Shown here one piece after another: positions 54,206 through 64,000 of a stretch of DNA of 64,000 nucleotides; position 1 is the stretch's first letter, and every line of letters begins with the position of its first letter. A program made the translations under genes and the position numbers. The DNA is from an uncultured Planctomycetota bacterium (lineage in GTDB: Bacteria; Planctomycetota; Planctomycetia; Isosphaerales; Isosphaeraceae). Under the pieces are notes generated by a model. It did not search any database and was not told the origin of the DNA. It was given only the letters and a program-made list of their open reading frames with translations. The stretch lies in assembly GCA_963845755.1 (NCBI GenBank), contig CAWJTV010000034.1, positions 96,001-160,000 of the forward strand. Reading direction: 5' to 3'.

Positions 54206-57200
54206 TTCAGGCGCCGCAACGCGGCCCGGGCATCGCGAGTCTCGCGTGCACCATCGAGCCTCGTCACCATCCGTTCCAGCAATCGACGTGCTTCGAGCGT
54301 ACCGAGCTTCTCCAGCACGGAGATCGCCCGCAGGCGCCGCAATGTCTCCCCCTTGGCGATCGGCCCCAGCGACGTGTCCTTCTTTGGGTCGTTCTCCTGG
54401 ATGGGCTCGAGCCGTTCGGCCAGGAACGGCACGGCTCGCTCGGGGTCCGCCGCCAAGGCCCAGATTGAGCGATAGGCCTTGGCAGCATCGGCACCGGCCA
54501 GGTCGGACCAGGCCTGGCCTAAATCCAGTGGTGCAGAAGGCGCGGCCGGCGCAGTGCGAGCCAGTTTCGCGGTGTCCCAGATCAGCACAGTGCCATCATC
54601 ACTGGCCGAGGCCAGCCAACGGCCATCGCGCGAGAAGGCGAGCTTGTTGATGTTGTTGCGGTGCCCAACAAGTTTGCAACTCAGGACTAGTGCGGACAGG
54701 TCCCAGATGCGCACAGAATGATCCATGTTCGATTCATCCCAACGTCCGCCCGAGGCCAGCCAACGGCCGTCGCTCGAGAAGGCCAGCGAATGGATTGGGC
54801 AAGGATGCGACTTCAACCTGGCAACCTCCTGACCGCTTGCCATTTCCCAGAGCTGGATCGAATTGTCCTGTCCTGGTTCTCCGCCCTTGGCGATGACATC
54901 GTCACCGAACCCCAGAAGACGCTCATCCGGTGAAATGCTGATCTCCTCATACACGTACTGAGGGGGCTTGGCGACGATGCCAAGGAATCGCGCACGGTCA
55001 TCGGCATCCCGTGCCTGGACGCCGCACCAAGTCGCGAAGAGGAGGGTCCTGCCATCCGACAAGAATCGCGCGGGGCGTGTATAACTTCCTTCGTCCTTTT
55101 CGTCTTCGCGCGTCGGGAATTCAGCTTGAACGGTCCCCGTCGCGATATCGATTAGGCTCTGCCCGACGATCAAGGTTCGGCCGTCGGGCGAGACCGCAAC
55201 AAGGTCTAACCCACGTCGGTATTCTTTGTATCGGCGGACCTCGCTGCCTGCGGCGACATCCCAGAGTCGGCAAACCTGGCCATATGTGACCAACCGCTTT
55301 CCATCCGGCGTGAAGATCATGCCCTCCACGTCCTCGAACCGACCGGAACCACACTTGCCTATGAGGCGCGGGCGGACCGTCGCGGGATTCCACTCCCGGA
55401 TGGCGCCAAGAAAGTCGCCAGTCACCAGAGTCTTCCCATCCGGTGAAATCGCCATCGCCCGGATCGGGCAGCATGGTGTCTCGCTCGGGAGGAGTTCCGC
55501 GCCATCGGCGATGTTCCAGAGACGGATGGCGTTCTCGTATCCGCATGAAGCGAGCCGCTGGCCATCGGGCGAGAAGGCAACATCGAGAACATAATAGGGA
55601 TTCCCATCGATTCGACGAATCAAGCTCCCAGTCTCCACATTCCAGAGTGAGATGGGGGATCTTTCGGCAGGAGGTTGGCCACGGTCCGCCTCCCTTATCT
55701 GGACATAACCACCGGACGCGAGCAACGCGCCCTCGGGCGAGAACCTCAGACACGTCAGCTCGCCTTTGGTGTCGATCCGGCGCACCTCGCGGCCGGTCGT
55801 CAGATCTAGGAATCGGATCGAGCCGTCGGAGATGCATACCGCGATCCGTCGGCCATCAGGCGAGGCTGCCACGAAGACGACATGCGCCTCCTTGATTGGA
55901 AATCGCCAGCGTTCCTGTCCTGTGGCGACATCGAACGACGCGACCGAATCCGCCGATATCGGCTTGACGTTCGGGTCTGCGTCGAACGGCGAGGCTCCAG
56001 CCGGTAACTCCTTCGGCTGCTCCTCCCGTGGCGGGTAATCCGTATCGTCTCCCCCGGTGATGAGAGTCCGCCCGTCGGCCGCGAACGCGATCGCATCGGT
56101 GTTCCCGCGATGGGCCTTGATTCGCCGGAGAACCTTCCTTGATCGAGGCTCCCACAGGATGATTTCTCCTGATGCTCCTTCCGTGACGCGGATGTAGGAA
56201 CCGACCGCGATCGTCCGGCCGTCGGGGGAGAAAGCCATTGACCATACGCGGCCCTCGAACCGATCGCTCCGGCTCAACTCGCGGCCGGATTCCACATCGA
56301 AGAGGATGATTCTTCCTTCGTTTGCCAGAGTCTCTCCGGCAGCCATCACCTTGCCGTCGGGCGAGAAGGCCATGCTCATGTGGAGGTCCCGGGGTTGACC
56401 GAGTTGACGGACCTCCCGACCCGTCCCGGGATCCCACAGACGAATCACCCCATTTCCCGAGGAGGCCAGGAACTTCCCGTCCGAAGAGAAAGCCACATGA
56501 TCGACCATCGCACCATGATTGAGCCTCAAGGTTCCGAGCCTTGTGGCGGCGCCGGCGGGGAGCGGATTGCCATCGGCGTCGGTACGATCCGAATCGGCCG
56601 GTTTCGGAGCTGGCCGGGCGGCCACGCCGACGGCGTGGGTCGGAGGATCTTCAGGCGGAGCCGATCTCCGCAGCGAGAACGCGGTCAGGACCACGCCACC
56701 AATTCCCAGTGACACGACGAGGAGGGTCAACACGACTCGGCGCAATCCTCGAGGCCAGTAAGCCTCGCGGAATCGACCCGGTCAGCGCGGCGACGGTCGT
56801 CGTGACGGAACCCTTCGAAATGGTAGCCGTCACCGCCTCGATCAGCGCGGGTGTCAACATCGCCGCCGAAGACAGCCCCGAATCCAGCACGCTCGTTGCC
56901 AATGCAGGCGCGACTCCGCGCCGGACCAGCCGTGTACGGAGCAAGTCGCGAGCGCGAGCCAGGTAGCCGCGCACCGTGCCGACCGGCCAGTGGAGCGAAG
57001 CAGCGGCCCGGTCGTGCGTCAAACCTTCGAAATAGCACAGCACGATCGCCGCACGGTACTTCTCGGGAAGCCGGGCGACCTCCTCGTGCAAGACCCGATA
57101 TTCATCGTGGTCGAAGGAGGTGGGATGTTCGACTTGGCCGATCGTTGCAGCTCGATCGGCCGCACGGCGTTCTCGTGCCTGGCGGCGCCGTCTGGCAATC

Positions 57201-57534
57201 CGAGCCTTGTGCGCCGTGCGGCAGGCGACTTGATGGAGCCAGGGGCCGAGTGATCCACTCGGATGGGCGCAATCGCGCCGGCGCGGCGGGCCAGCACCAT
57301 GAAGGTTGCCTGGAAGGCGTCCTGAGCGTCATCGTGGTTACCCAGCAGTCGGCGGCAGACCTCCAGCACCATCGGACCGTGCCGGCGGACGATCGTCTCG
57401 AAGGCCAGGTTGGATTCGTCCCGCGCCGTGATGAACCGCGAGAGCAACTGATCGTCGCTCCAGCCCGCGACGGTTCCCTCGGTGTACAAGTGATCGACGT
57501 CCCGAATCACCGTCTTCCACAACCCGCGCACCAT
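54202..57534 (-). CDS. ECF sigma-70 factor fused via TM to WD40 repeats (planctomycete type; several frameshifts)
   Basis: SDDQLLSRF, HGPMVL, DAFQATF, WPVGTV; many AFSPDG...WD repeats. Confidence 0.82.
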
Positions 57535-57647
57535 GGCCGGTCCTCCGCTCGGTTCGAGGCGGTCTTTTTCCCTCCATGATGACTATGCCCGCAGGGGCAT
57601 GGATCAATACAAGACTTTGGCGGGTTTCTCCGTCTGAATAGCTTGCC

Positions 57648-59039
57648 CTACGTGTGACGCGCAAGCTTCTTGTCATCCACGGTCTTCTCGGGGTTGATGA
57701 GACTCCAGAAGATCATTCCGATCACGGCGATGAGCACGTAAGCATAGAGCGACGGATCCCACTGGGCTCGGCCGGTGTAGCCCAGACCTTTCCTCCAGTC
57801 GGCGAAGCGGCCGATGAGAATCTGAGAGCCCAGGCGGCCGAATCCTCCGAGCATGTTCATCATTCCGAATAACGCCCCGATGTGCCGGCCGCTGACTCGG
57901 GTTGCGGTGGCCCACCAGGCAGCAAGCTGGAGCTGGACGAAAAAGGCGGCCAGCGCGACGAAGACCGAAGCCATCACCGTCGAATCGGTCCAGATGCTGG
58001 CCAGGATGCCGAGACCGCCGAATCCCGCGCCGGTCACGGCCTGCGCGGTGCGCCCCCATCGGAGACTGCCGGTCCTCTGCACGAGCCAGTCCGTCAGCCA
58101 GCCGCCGGAAAACGTGCCTAATGCCCCGGCGCCCAGCACCAGGCTCGCCAGCCGGCCGGACAGGTCCGGTGATGCCCCTCGCGCCTCCTGCAAGTAGGTC
58201 GGATACCACGACGACAGGATTTCATACGTCGCCGACATGGTCACCATGGTGCCGCTCAGCAGCCAGATGTTCGCGCACGGGACCACGCGATCCCACGGAA
58301 TCGGTCCGTGGGCAATCCCCTTGTCGACGATCGGTTCGCCCGGCAGAGCGTCGTCATCGATCGGCATCGGCGGGGAGGCGTTCTGGCCCTCGGCGATCAG
58401 GGCGCACTCGGCCTTATTGGTGGACGGGTGCTCGGAGGGATGGTCGTGGAACCAGGCGTAAAAAGCGATCGCCCAGAAGACGCCCAGCACGGCAAACACG
58501 GCGAATGTCCATCGCCAGCCGACCCAGTCGATCAGCCACTGCGAGGTCATCGGCGCAGCCGCACCGCCGATCATCATCGCAGTGGTGACGAAGCCTTGCG
58601 CGCGGCCACGCGACGCTTCGGGAAACCACTGGCGCAGCACCCGGGCCGAGTTCGGCAACGCCCCCGCCTCGCCCGCCCCGAACAGGAAACGGATGATGAC
58701 CAGCGTCACGAAGCCCCACGCAGCACCGGTCAGCGCGGTGAAGATCGACCACCAGACGACGATCCGGGTCAGGACGCCACGCGAGCCATACCGATCGCCC
58801 CACCAACCGGCCGGGATCTCGAAGATGGCGTACGCGATCGTGAACGCTCCGAAGATGATCCCCTTCTGTGTCTCGCTGATGCCCAGCTCCTCCTTGATGC
58901 GCGGCGCCGCCTGGTTGATGCAGGCACGATCCAGGTACAGAACAAACGTCATCGCCGCGAGGAAGGCGAGGACCATGTAACGCACCCGAGTCGGGGATTC
59001 GGATGGGACCTCCAGCGGAAAGGCCTCGGCGTCAGTCAC
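57648..59039 (-). CDS. MFS transporter (ACS/sugar-acid-like)
   Basis: YLDRA, GDRYGSR, RFLFGAGEAG; about 12 TMs. Confidence 0.9.
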   Translation of the reverse strand: MTDAEAFPLEVPSESPTRVRYMVLAFLAAMTFVLYLDRACINQAAPRIKEELGISETQKGIIFGAFTIAYAIFEIPAGWWGDRYGSRGVLTRIVVWWSIFTALTGAAWGFVTLVIIRFLFGAGEAGALPNSARVLRQWFPEASRGRAQGFVTTAMMIGGAAAPMTSQWLIDWVGWRWTFAVFAVLGVFWAIAFYAWFHDHPSEHPSTNKAECALIAEGQNASPPMPIDDDALPGEPIVDKGIAHGPIPWDRVVPCANIWLLSGTMVTMSATYEILSSWYPTYLQEARGASPDLSGRLASLVLGAGALGTFSGGWLTDWLVQRTGSLRWGRTAQAVTGAGFGGLGILASIWTDSTVMASVFVALAAFFVQLQLAAWWATATRVSGRHIGALFGMMNMLGGFGRLGSQILIGRFADWRKGLGYTGRAQWDPSLYAYVLIAVIGMIFWSLINPEKTVDDKKLARHT

Positions 59040-59094
59040 TCACTGTCTCCGAATGAAGTTGTGATGATCTAGGCTAATCACGCAGAAAACGGTT

Positions 59095-60138
59095 CTACTT
59101 GCCAAGCTGCGACCTGGCCTTGGCCATGACGCTCTCGATCATCACGGGCTTGCCGCCCTGCCGTTTACTCTCATCGGCGGCTTCCATGAAAGCGAAAATC
59201 TCGATCGTCTCATCGGCGGCGACCGGCGGCGTTCCCGTCCTGAAGAACTTGACGATCTCGACCACCAGGGGCTCATAACCGCCGTAGTCACCGAGTGTGG
59301 CGTTCCCCTTGGTCCCGAGGACGGTCCCACCGTACTTGTAAGGGCCCTTGCGCATGCCACGGAACGTACCCACGCGGCCGTTTTCCCAGATTCCGACGAC
59401 CACCTCTGTACTATCGGTCTGGGTGCGCGAGACCGACCGACAGCCCGTACCCATGATGGTGTAGAGGGTCTCGACCCCGTGGACGCCGTACCAGAACAAA
59501 TCAGGGTGATGCTCTTCCAGCGAGCAAGGGCCGAAGGTGTCGCAGCCGAGGACGTCGCCCACCTTGGGATCGTGTCGCCTGGCGGCGATCCCGGGGCTGA
59601 ATCGGAGTGAGGAGCTGGAGAAGCACGGCGTCCCTGACTCTCGGGCCAGGTCGAAGATGGCAATCGTGTCGGCCAGCGACCCGGCAACCGGCTTGTCGAT
59701 GAAGACCGGCTTGCGCGCTTTGAAGACCGGCCGCGCCTGTTCGAGGTGCGGGCGGCCGTCGACGCTCTCCAGCAAGACGACGTCCACTTTCGAGAGCAGG
59801 TCGTCGATCGAGCCGACGATCTCGACGCCGAACTCCTTGTGCAGCTTCGCGGAAAATCCGGCGACGCGGTCGCGGCTGGACGGAATATCCGGGCTCCCAC
59901 CAGGATAGGCTGCGACGACGCGCACGCCCGCCACCTCGGACTTCGGGCTCGAGGCATTCAAGAGCTTGGTAAACGCCTCCACGTGCGAGGTGTCCAGGCC
60001 AATGATACCGGCCCGGAGCGGTTTCGCTTGCGGCGGGTCGTCCCCAACTGCCGCCTCGCCAGCCGTGGCGCACGCCGGCGCGAGGATCCCCGCAATCAAC
60101 AACAGGAACGCGCCAACCTCGACCATGCGACACAACAC
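59095..60138 (-). CDS. Gfo/Idh/MocA oxidoreductase with signal peptide
   Basis: GIIGLDTSH, FIDKP, FWYGVHGVE. Confidence 0.88.
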   Translation of the reverse strand: MLCRMVEVGAFLLLIAGILAPACATAGEAAVGDDPPQAKPLRAGIIGLDTSHVEAFTKLLNASSPKSEVAGVRVVAAYPGGSPDIPSSRDRVAGFSAKLHKEFGVEIVGSIDDLLSKVDVVLLESVDGRPHLEQARPVFKARKPVFIDKPVAGSLADTIAIFDLARESGTPCFSSSSLRFSPGIAARRHDPKVGDVLGCDTFGPCSLEEHHPDLFWYGVHGVETLYTIMGTGCRSVSRTQTDSTEVVVGIWENGRVGTFRGMRKGPYKYGGTVLGTKGNATLGDYGGYEPLVVEIVKFFRTGTPPVAADETIEIFAFMEAADESKRQGGKPVMIESVMAKARSQLGK

Positions 60139-60365
60139 GGGAAGACCCTCATCAAGCCGGATTCTCGATCCCCAACGCCCGTCCTTCGATCATCATCGGC
60201 CCTGACAGCCGGTGATGCAACGCCCTGGCTCTCGATGCGCTCGGAATCTCCCCCGCGCCTGGATTGTTCGAGGGACTTCTCTCGATCTAAGATGGTTCGT
60301 GCTCGGGTAACGTTGCGCGGCATATTGACAGGTTCGGGAATCGTGTCGGTGTGGAGTCACGACTC

Positions 60366-62294
60366 ATGGCTGATTGGTCTCGAGGCTGGCTGCTCGTCTC
60401 GGCCGGACTCTTCCTCGGCGGGCTGGGAGGCCTCCCCGGTGCCAGGGCTGGTGAGGGCCCGACTCTTCAACTCGAGATCGATGCGCGCGACCTGCCGCGC
60501 CGATTGATGCACTCGCGGATCGAGGTCCCGTGCCGGCCAGGAAAGCTCGCGCTGTGGTATCCCAAGTGGGTGCCGGGCACGCATTCGCCTTGTGGTCCCG
60601 TGCAAGACGTTGCGGGGCTTCGCCTCGAGACGCCCGAAGGGAAGGTGGTTCCCTGGCGTCGCGACGAGACCGATCCCTACCGTGTCGAGTGCGAGGTGCC
60701 GTCCGGTGTGAGTTCGATCGCAGTCCGGCTCGACACGATCTGCAACGAGGCCGCCGTCAGCGCCGCGGGCTACCTCACGTTCGGCAACGAGTCGGTTGGA
60801 ATCATCAACTGGAGCACCTGCTTGATGTATCCCGAAGGTCCCTCCGCCGACGACACGCGCGTGGCACTAACCCTCCGGCTGCCGCCCACCTGGAGCTTCG
60901 CGTCCGCACTCGAGCCCGATTCCGGGGGAAGCGGTCCGGCCAGCGGCAAGCCCATCAAGTTCCGGACCGTCTCGCTCACCGAGCTGGTCAACAATCCGAT
61001 GATCGCCGGCGAGTACATGCGGACCATCCCGCTCGATACCGGCAAGAACCCGCCGGCCTTCCTGGATCTGGCATCGGAGTCGGCCGCCGCGCTCCAGGTC
61101 CGGCCGGAGGTGGTGGCGATCTACAGTCGGGTGGTCCAGCAGGCTGGTGCCATGTTCGGCACCTGCCATTATCCGTCGTTCCACTTCCTGGTGACGTGCA
61201 GCGATCGTCTCGGCTACCTGGGTCTGGAGCACCTGGCGTGCAGCATCAACGGCGTTCACGAGCGCGACCTGATCGAACCGGGGCGGCTTCGCGGTTGGGT
61301 CGCGAATCTGTTGCCCCATGAATACGTCCATTCCTGGTGCGGGAAATACCGGCGCCCCGCGGGGATGTGCACGTCGGATTTCCAGACGCCTCAGAAGACC
61401 CGATTGCTCTGGGTCTACGAGGGGCTGACGGAATACCTCGGCGAGCTCCTGATGGTCCGTTCCGGCATGATCGACGCGGCGGAATACCGGCGGACGCTGA
61501 CGGCGACCATCGGCTCGCTGTCGCACCGCGAAGGCCGACGATGGCGCTCGCTCGAAGACACCGCGGTGGCCTCACACTTGCTCCGTGGCGGCAGTCCGAA
61601 CTGGATCGAGCTCCGGCGCGAGCAGGATTATTACTTCGAAGGGGCGCTCATCTGGCTCGAGGCGGATACCATCATCCGCGAGCGATCCCACGGCAAGAAG
61701 AGCCTCGATGACTTCTGCAGGGAGTTCCTGGGCGGCCCACCGACGACCGCCCACGTCGCTCCCTACGAACTCTCCGACGTGGTCCACGTACTCCGGGAGC
61801 TGGCCGACTTCGACTGGGACACGTTCTTCCTCAAGCGCACGACACAACCCCTGGACGCGCTGCCGCTGGAGGTCGTGGGCCGTTGCGGGTATCGCCTGGG
61901 ATATGCCACCCATCCTCCGGGAACTGCCAGCGGCATCAGTCGAAGGGGCGGGGGCGGGGTCTCAGCCCGCGATTCGCTCGGCCTCAGTTTCGACGGCGAG
62001 GGCCGGGTGGTTGATGTCGTCCCCGGCATGATCGGCGACCGGTCGGGCCTGGCGCCGGGCATGAAGGTCATCGGCGTGAACAGCAAGACCTTCAGCGCAC
62101 AACGGCTCCTCGACGCCCTGGCCGACAGCGTCGCCCGCCGCAAGATCGAGCTCCTCCTGATCGAAGGCGAGAATTTCCGCACCATCGTCCTGGACTACGG
62201 GGACGGACCGCGCTATCTCGAGCTGGTCCGCGACCCCGCGAAGCCCGATGTCCTGGCGGAAATCCTCAAACCCATCGCGGGACGGGCTCATTGA
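60366..62294 (+). CDS. M61 glycyl aminopeptidase with PDZ domain
   Basis: PKWVPG, GLEH, PHEYVHSW, LWVYEGLT. Confidence 0.9.
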   Translation: MADWSRGWLLVSAGLFLGGLGGLPGARAGEGPTLQLEIDARDLPRRLMHSRIEVPCRPGKLALWYPKWVPGTHSPCGPVQDVAGLRLETPEGKVVPWRRDETDPYRVECEVPSGVSSIAVRLDTICNEAAVSAAGYLTFGNESVGIINWSTCLMYPEGPSADDTRVALTLRLPPTWSFASALEPDSGGSGPASGKPIKFRTVSLTELVNNPMIAGEYMRTIPLDTGKNPPAFLDLASESAAALQVRPEVVAIYSRVVQQAGAMFGTCHYPSFHFLVTCSDRLGYLGLEHLACSINGVHERDLIEPGRLRGWVANLLPHEYVHSWCGKYRRPAGMCTSDFQTPQKTRLLWVYEGLTEYLGELLMVRSGMIDAAEYRRTLTATIGSLSHREGRRWRSLEDTAVASHLLRGGSPNWIELRREQDYYFEGALIWLEADTIIRERSHGKKSLDDFCREFLGGPPTTAHVAPYELSDVVHVLRELADFDWDTFFLKRTTQPLDALPLEVVGRCGYRLGYATHPPGTASGISRRGGGGVSARDSLGLSFDGEGRVVDVVPGMIGDRSGLAPGMKVIGVNSKTFSAQRLLDALADSVARRKIELLLIEGENFRTIVLDYGDGPRYLELVRDPAKPDVLAEILKPIAGRAH

Positions 62295-62363
62295 TCGAAT
62301 CGCTGGGACAACCGATATTCCGAAATCCGACACGTACGAGGTGGCCAGACCGGCCAAGTCTCC

Positions 62364-63518
62364 ATGACAAGGATCGTGATGACCGGACGGAGATGGCTGC
62401 CGTGTGTTGCTTGGGCCATGGTCTGGATCGGCGCAGTCTGGCCGGCCCTGGAAGAGGCTAGCTCTTCCGAAACCGACCCTGCCGCAAGCTTTCCTCTAGC
62501 ACCGCCCGCCGCGCAGAAGGGCTCGCTCCCTGCTGCGCCCAAGGGATATCTCTGCTACCGCTCTGCGGGACCGATCCAGGTCGACGGCCGGCTCGACGAA
62601 GCCGCCTGGCAAACAGCTCCCTGGACCGACCCGTTTGTCAACATCGAAGGGGACGTCAAACCGAAGCCGCGGTTCCAGACCCGCGTCAAGATGCTCTGGG
62701 ACGACCAGTTCTTCTATGTCGGCGCCCTGCTGGAAGAGCCGCACGCCTGGGCAACTCTCACCAAGCACGACGCGGTGATCTTCCAGGACAACGACTTCGA
62801 GATCTTCATCGACCCGGACGGCGATAACCACGAGTATTACGAGATCGAGATCAACGCGCTGAACACGGAATGGGACCTGTTCCTGAGAAAGCCATACCGG
62901 GACGGAGGGCCGGCCCTCAACGAATGGGAGATCTCCGGATTGCAGACCGCCGTCCACGTGGACGGAACGCTCAACAACGCGAGCGACACGGACACGGCGT
63001 GGTCCGTCGAGTTCGCCATCCCCTGGAACGTACTCGGGGAGTCCGCCCATCGTCCTGCACCGCCGCGCGACGGCGACCAGTGGCGCGTGAATTTCTCCCG
63101 GGTCGAATGGCAACACCAGATCGTGGACGGCCGGGACCGCAAGGTCCCGAATACCAAGGAGGATAACTGGGTGTGGTCGCCGCAGGGCGCGATCGACATG
63201 CATCGACCCGAGCGTTGGGGATATGTTCAGTTCTCGACGGCCTCACCCGGCCAGGCGAGCTACCGGCCCGACCCCGCGGGGCCAATCCGCGACCGCTTGA
63301 TGCAGATCTATCAGGCTCAGCGCGCTTTCCACGAAAAAAACAACCGCTGGGCCGCAAAAGTCGAGGACCTCATACTCTCCGACTCAACCGGACTGCCCCA
63401 GCATACGACGAGCCTTCGGCCGACGGCCGACGGCTACGAGGCGTCCATCACCTTCACGCCGAGCGGCGGAACGCCGCAGACCTGGACGATCCGTCAGGAT
63501 TCGCGGATCAGCCACTGA
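62364..63518 (+). CDS. Carbohydrate-binding family 9-like protein
   Basis: VDGRLDE..W, EIFIDP, WSVEFAIPW, WRVNFSR. Confidence 0.85.
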   Translation: MTRIVMTGRRWLPCVAWAMVWIGAVWPALEEASSSETDPAASFPLAPPAAQKGSLPAAPKGYLCYRSAGPIQVDGRLDEAAWQTAPWTDPFVNIEGDVKPKPRFQTRVKMLWDDQFFYVGALLEEPHAWATLTKHDAVIFQDNDFEIFIDPDGDNHEYYEIEINALNTEWDLFLRKPYRDGGPALNEWEISGLQTAVHVDGTLNNASDTDTAWSVEFAIPWNVLGESAHRPAPPRDGDQWRVNFSRVEWQHQIVDGRDRKVPNTKEDNWVWSPQGAIDMHRPERWGYVQFSTASPGQASYRPDPAGPIRDRLMQIYQAQRAFHEKNNRWAAKVEDLILSDSTGLPQHTTSLRPTADGYEASITFTPSGGTPQTWTIRQDSRISH

Positions 63519-63993
63519 ACGACTCGGCCAGCCGGCGATAGCCTCCGGCAAAATACAGGAGTGGCTCGCCACCCTGATACTCGCCCGCAACGAGCTCGCC
63601 GACGAAGATATCGTGATCGCCGCCTGGCAGAATGTCGTGAACCCGGCAGTCGAGGAATGCGAGGCAACCGGCCAGGATCGGCGCGCCGGTCGCCGCCGTC
63701 GTGACGTTGAGGTCGGAGAAATCCTTGGGTCCCGGAGTGGCAAATCGAGCCGAGACGTCCTGCTGCTCGAGACGGAGGATGTTTACCGCGAAGCAGCGGT
63801 TCTTCTTCAAGTAGTCGAGCGTCGCGGCGCGTTTATCGACGGCGACCAGCACGAGAGGCGGGTCGAGCGATAGCGAGGCTACGGCGTTGGCCGTGAGGCC
63901 GTGGCTGCCCGCTTCGCCATCGGTCGTCACCACGGTGACACCCGTGGCGAAGTGGCCCATGATCTTCCGCTGCATCTTCGAGTCGAACGCCAT
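63508..63993 (-). CDS. Flavin reductase family protein
   Basis: FATGVTVVT, SLSLDPPLV, GDHDIFVG. Confidence 0.92.
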   Translation of the reverse strand: MAFDSKMQRKIMGHFATGVTVVTTDGEAGSHGLTANAVASLSLDPPLVLVAVDKRAATLDYLKKNRCFAVNILRLEQQDVSARFATPGPKDFSDLNVTTAATGAPILAGCLAFLDCRVHDILPGGDHDIFVGELVAGEYQGGEPLLYFAGGYRRLAESFSG

Positions 63994-64000
63994 GGAAGGT

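Overview
This is a GC-rich bacterial chromosome window, most likely Planctomycetota/Isosphaeraceae (inferred from ECF sigma factors with C-terminal extensions, a PVC-type CxxCH protein, a CRTAC1 protein, a sulfatase and a PEP-CTERM protein). Many ordinary genes carry single-base frameshifts, so the assembly is probably error-prone, and split ORFs are treated as single genes. The highlight is a ~9.7 kb island (~22.0-31.7 kb) with no integrase, bracketed by a diverged ~200-bp duplication of the 3' end of an SBP56/methanethiol-oxidase-family gene. It carries a five-gene operon with overlapping start/stop codons at every junction: XRE HTH -> Cas4/AddB-like PD-(D/E)XK nuclease -> long Argonaute with an intact DEDD tetrad (PliAgo/MbpAgo-like) -> 121-aa unknown protein -> HExxH metallopeptidase. 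Upstream lie a patatin phospholipase-GAF-like fusion split by an IS4-family element (15-bp IRs, 12-bp TSD) and a 72-aa ORF. The rest is metabolic and envelope genes (psuG, phoU, galK, metK, glycosyltransferases, P450, MFS, M61 peptidase), a DUF433/DUF5615 toxin-antitoxin pair, and three families of short palindromic repeats. All family calls come from motif recognition, not database searches.
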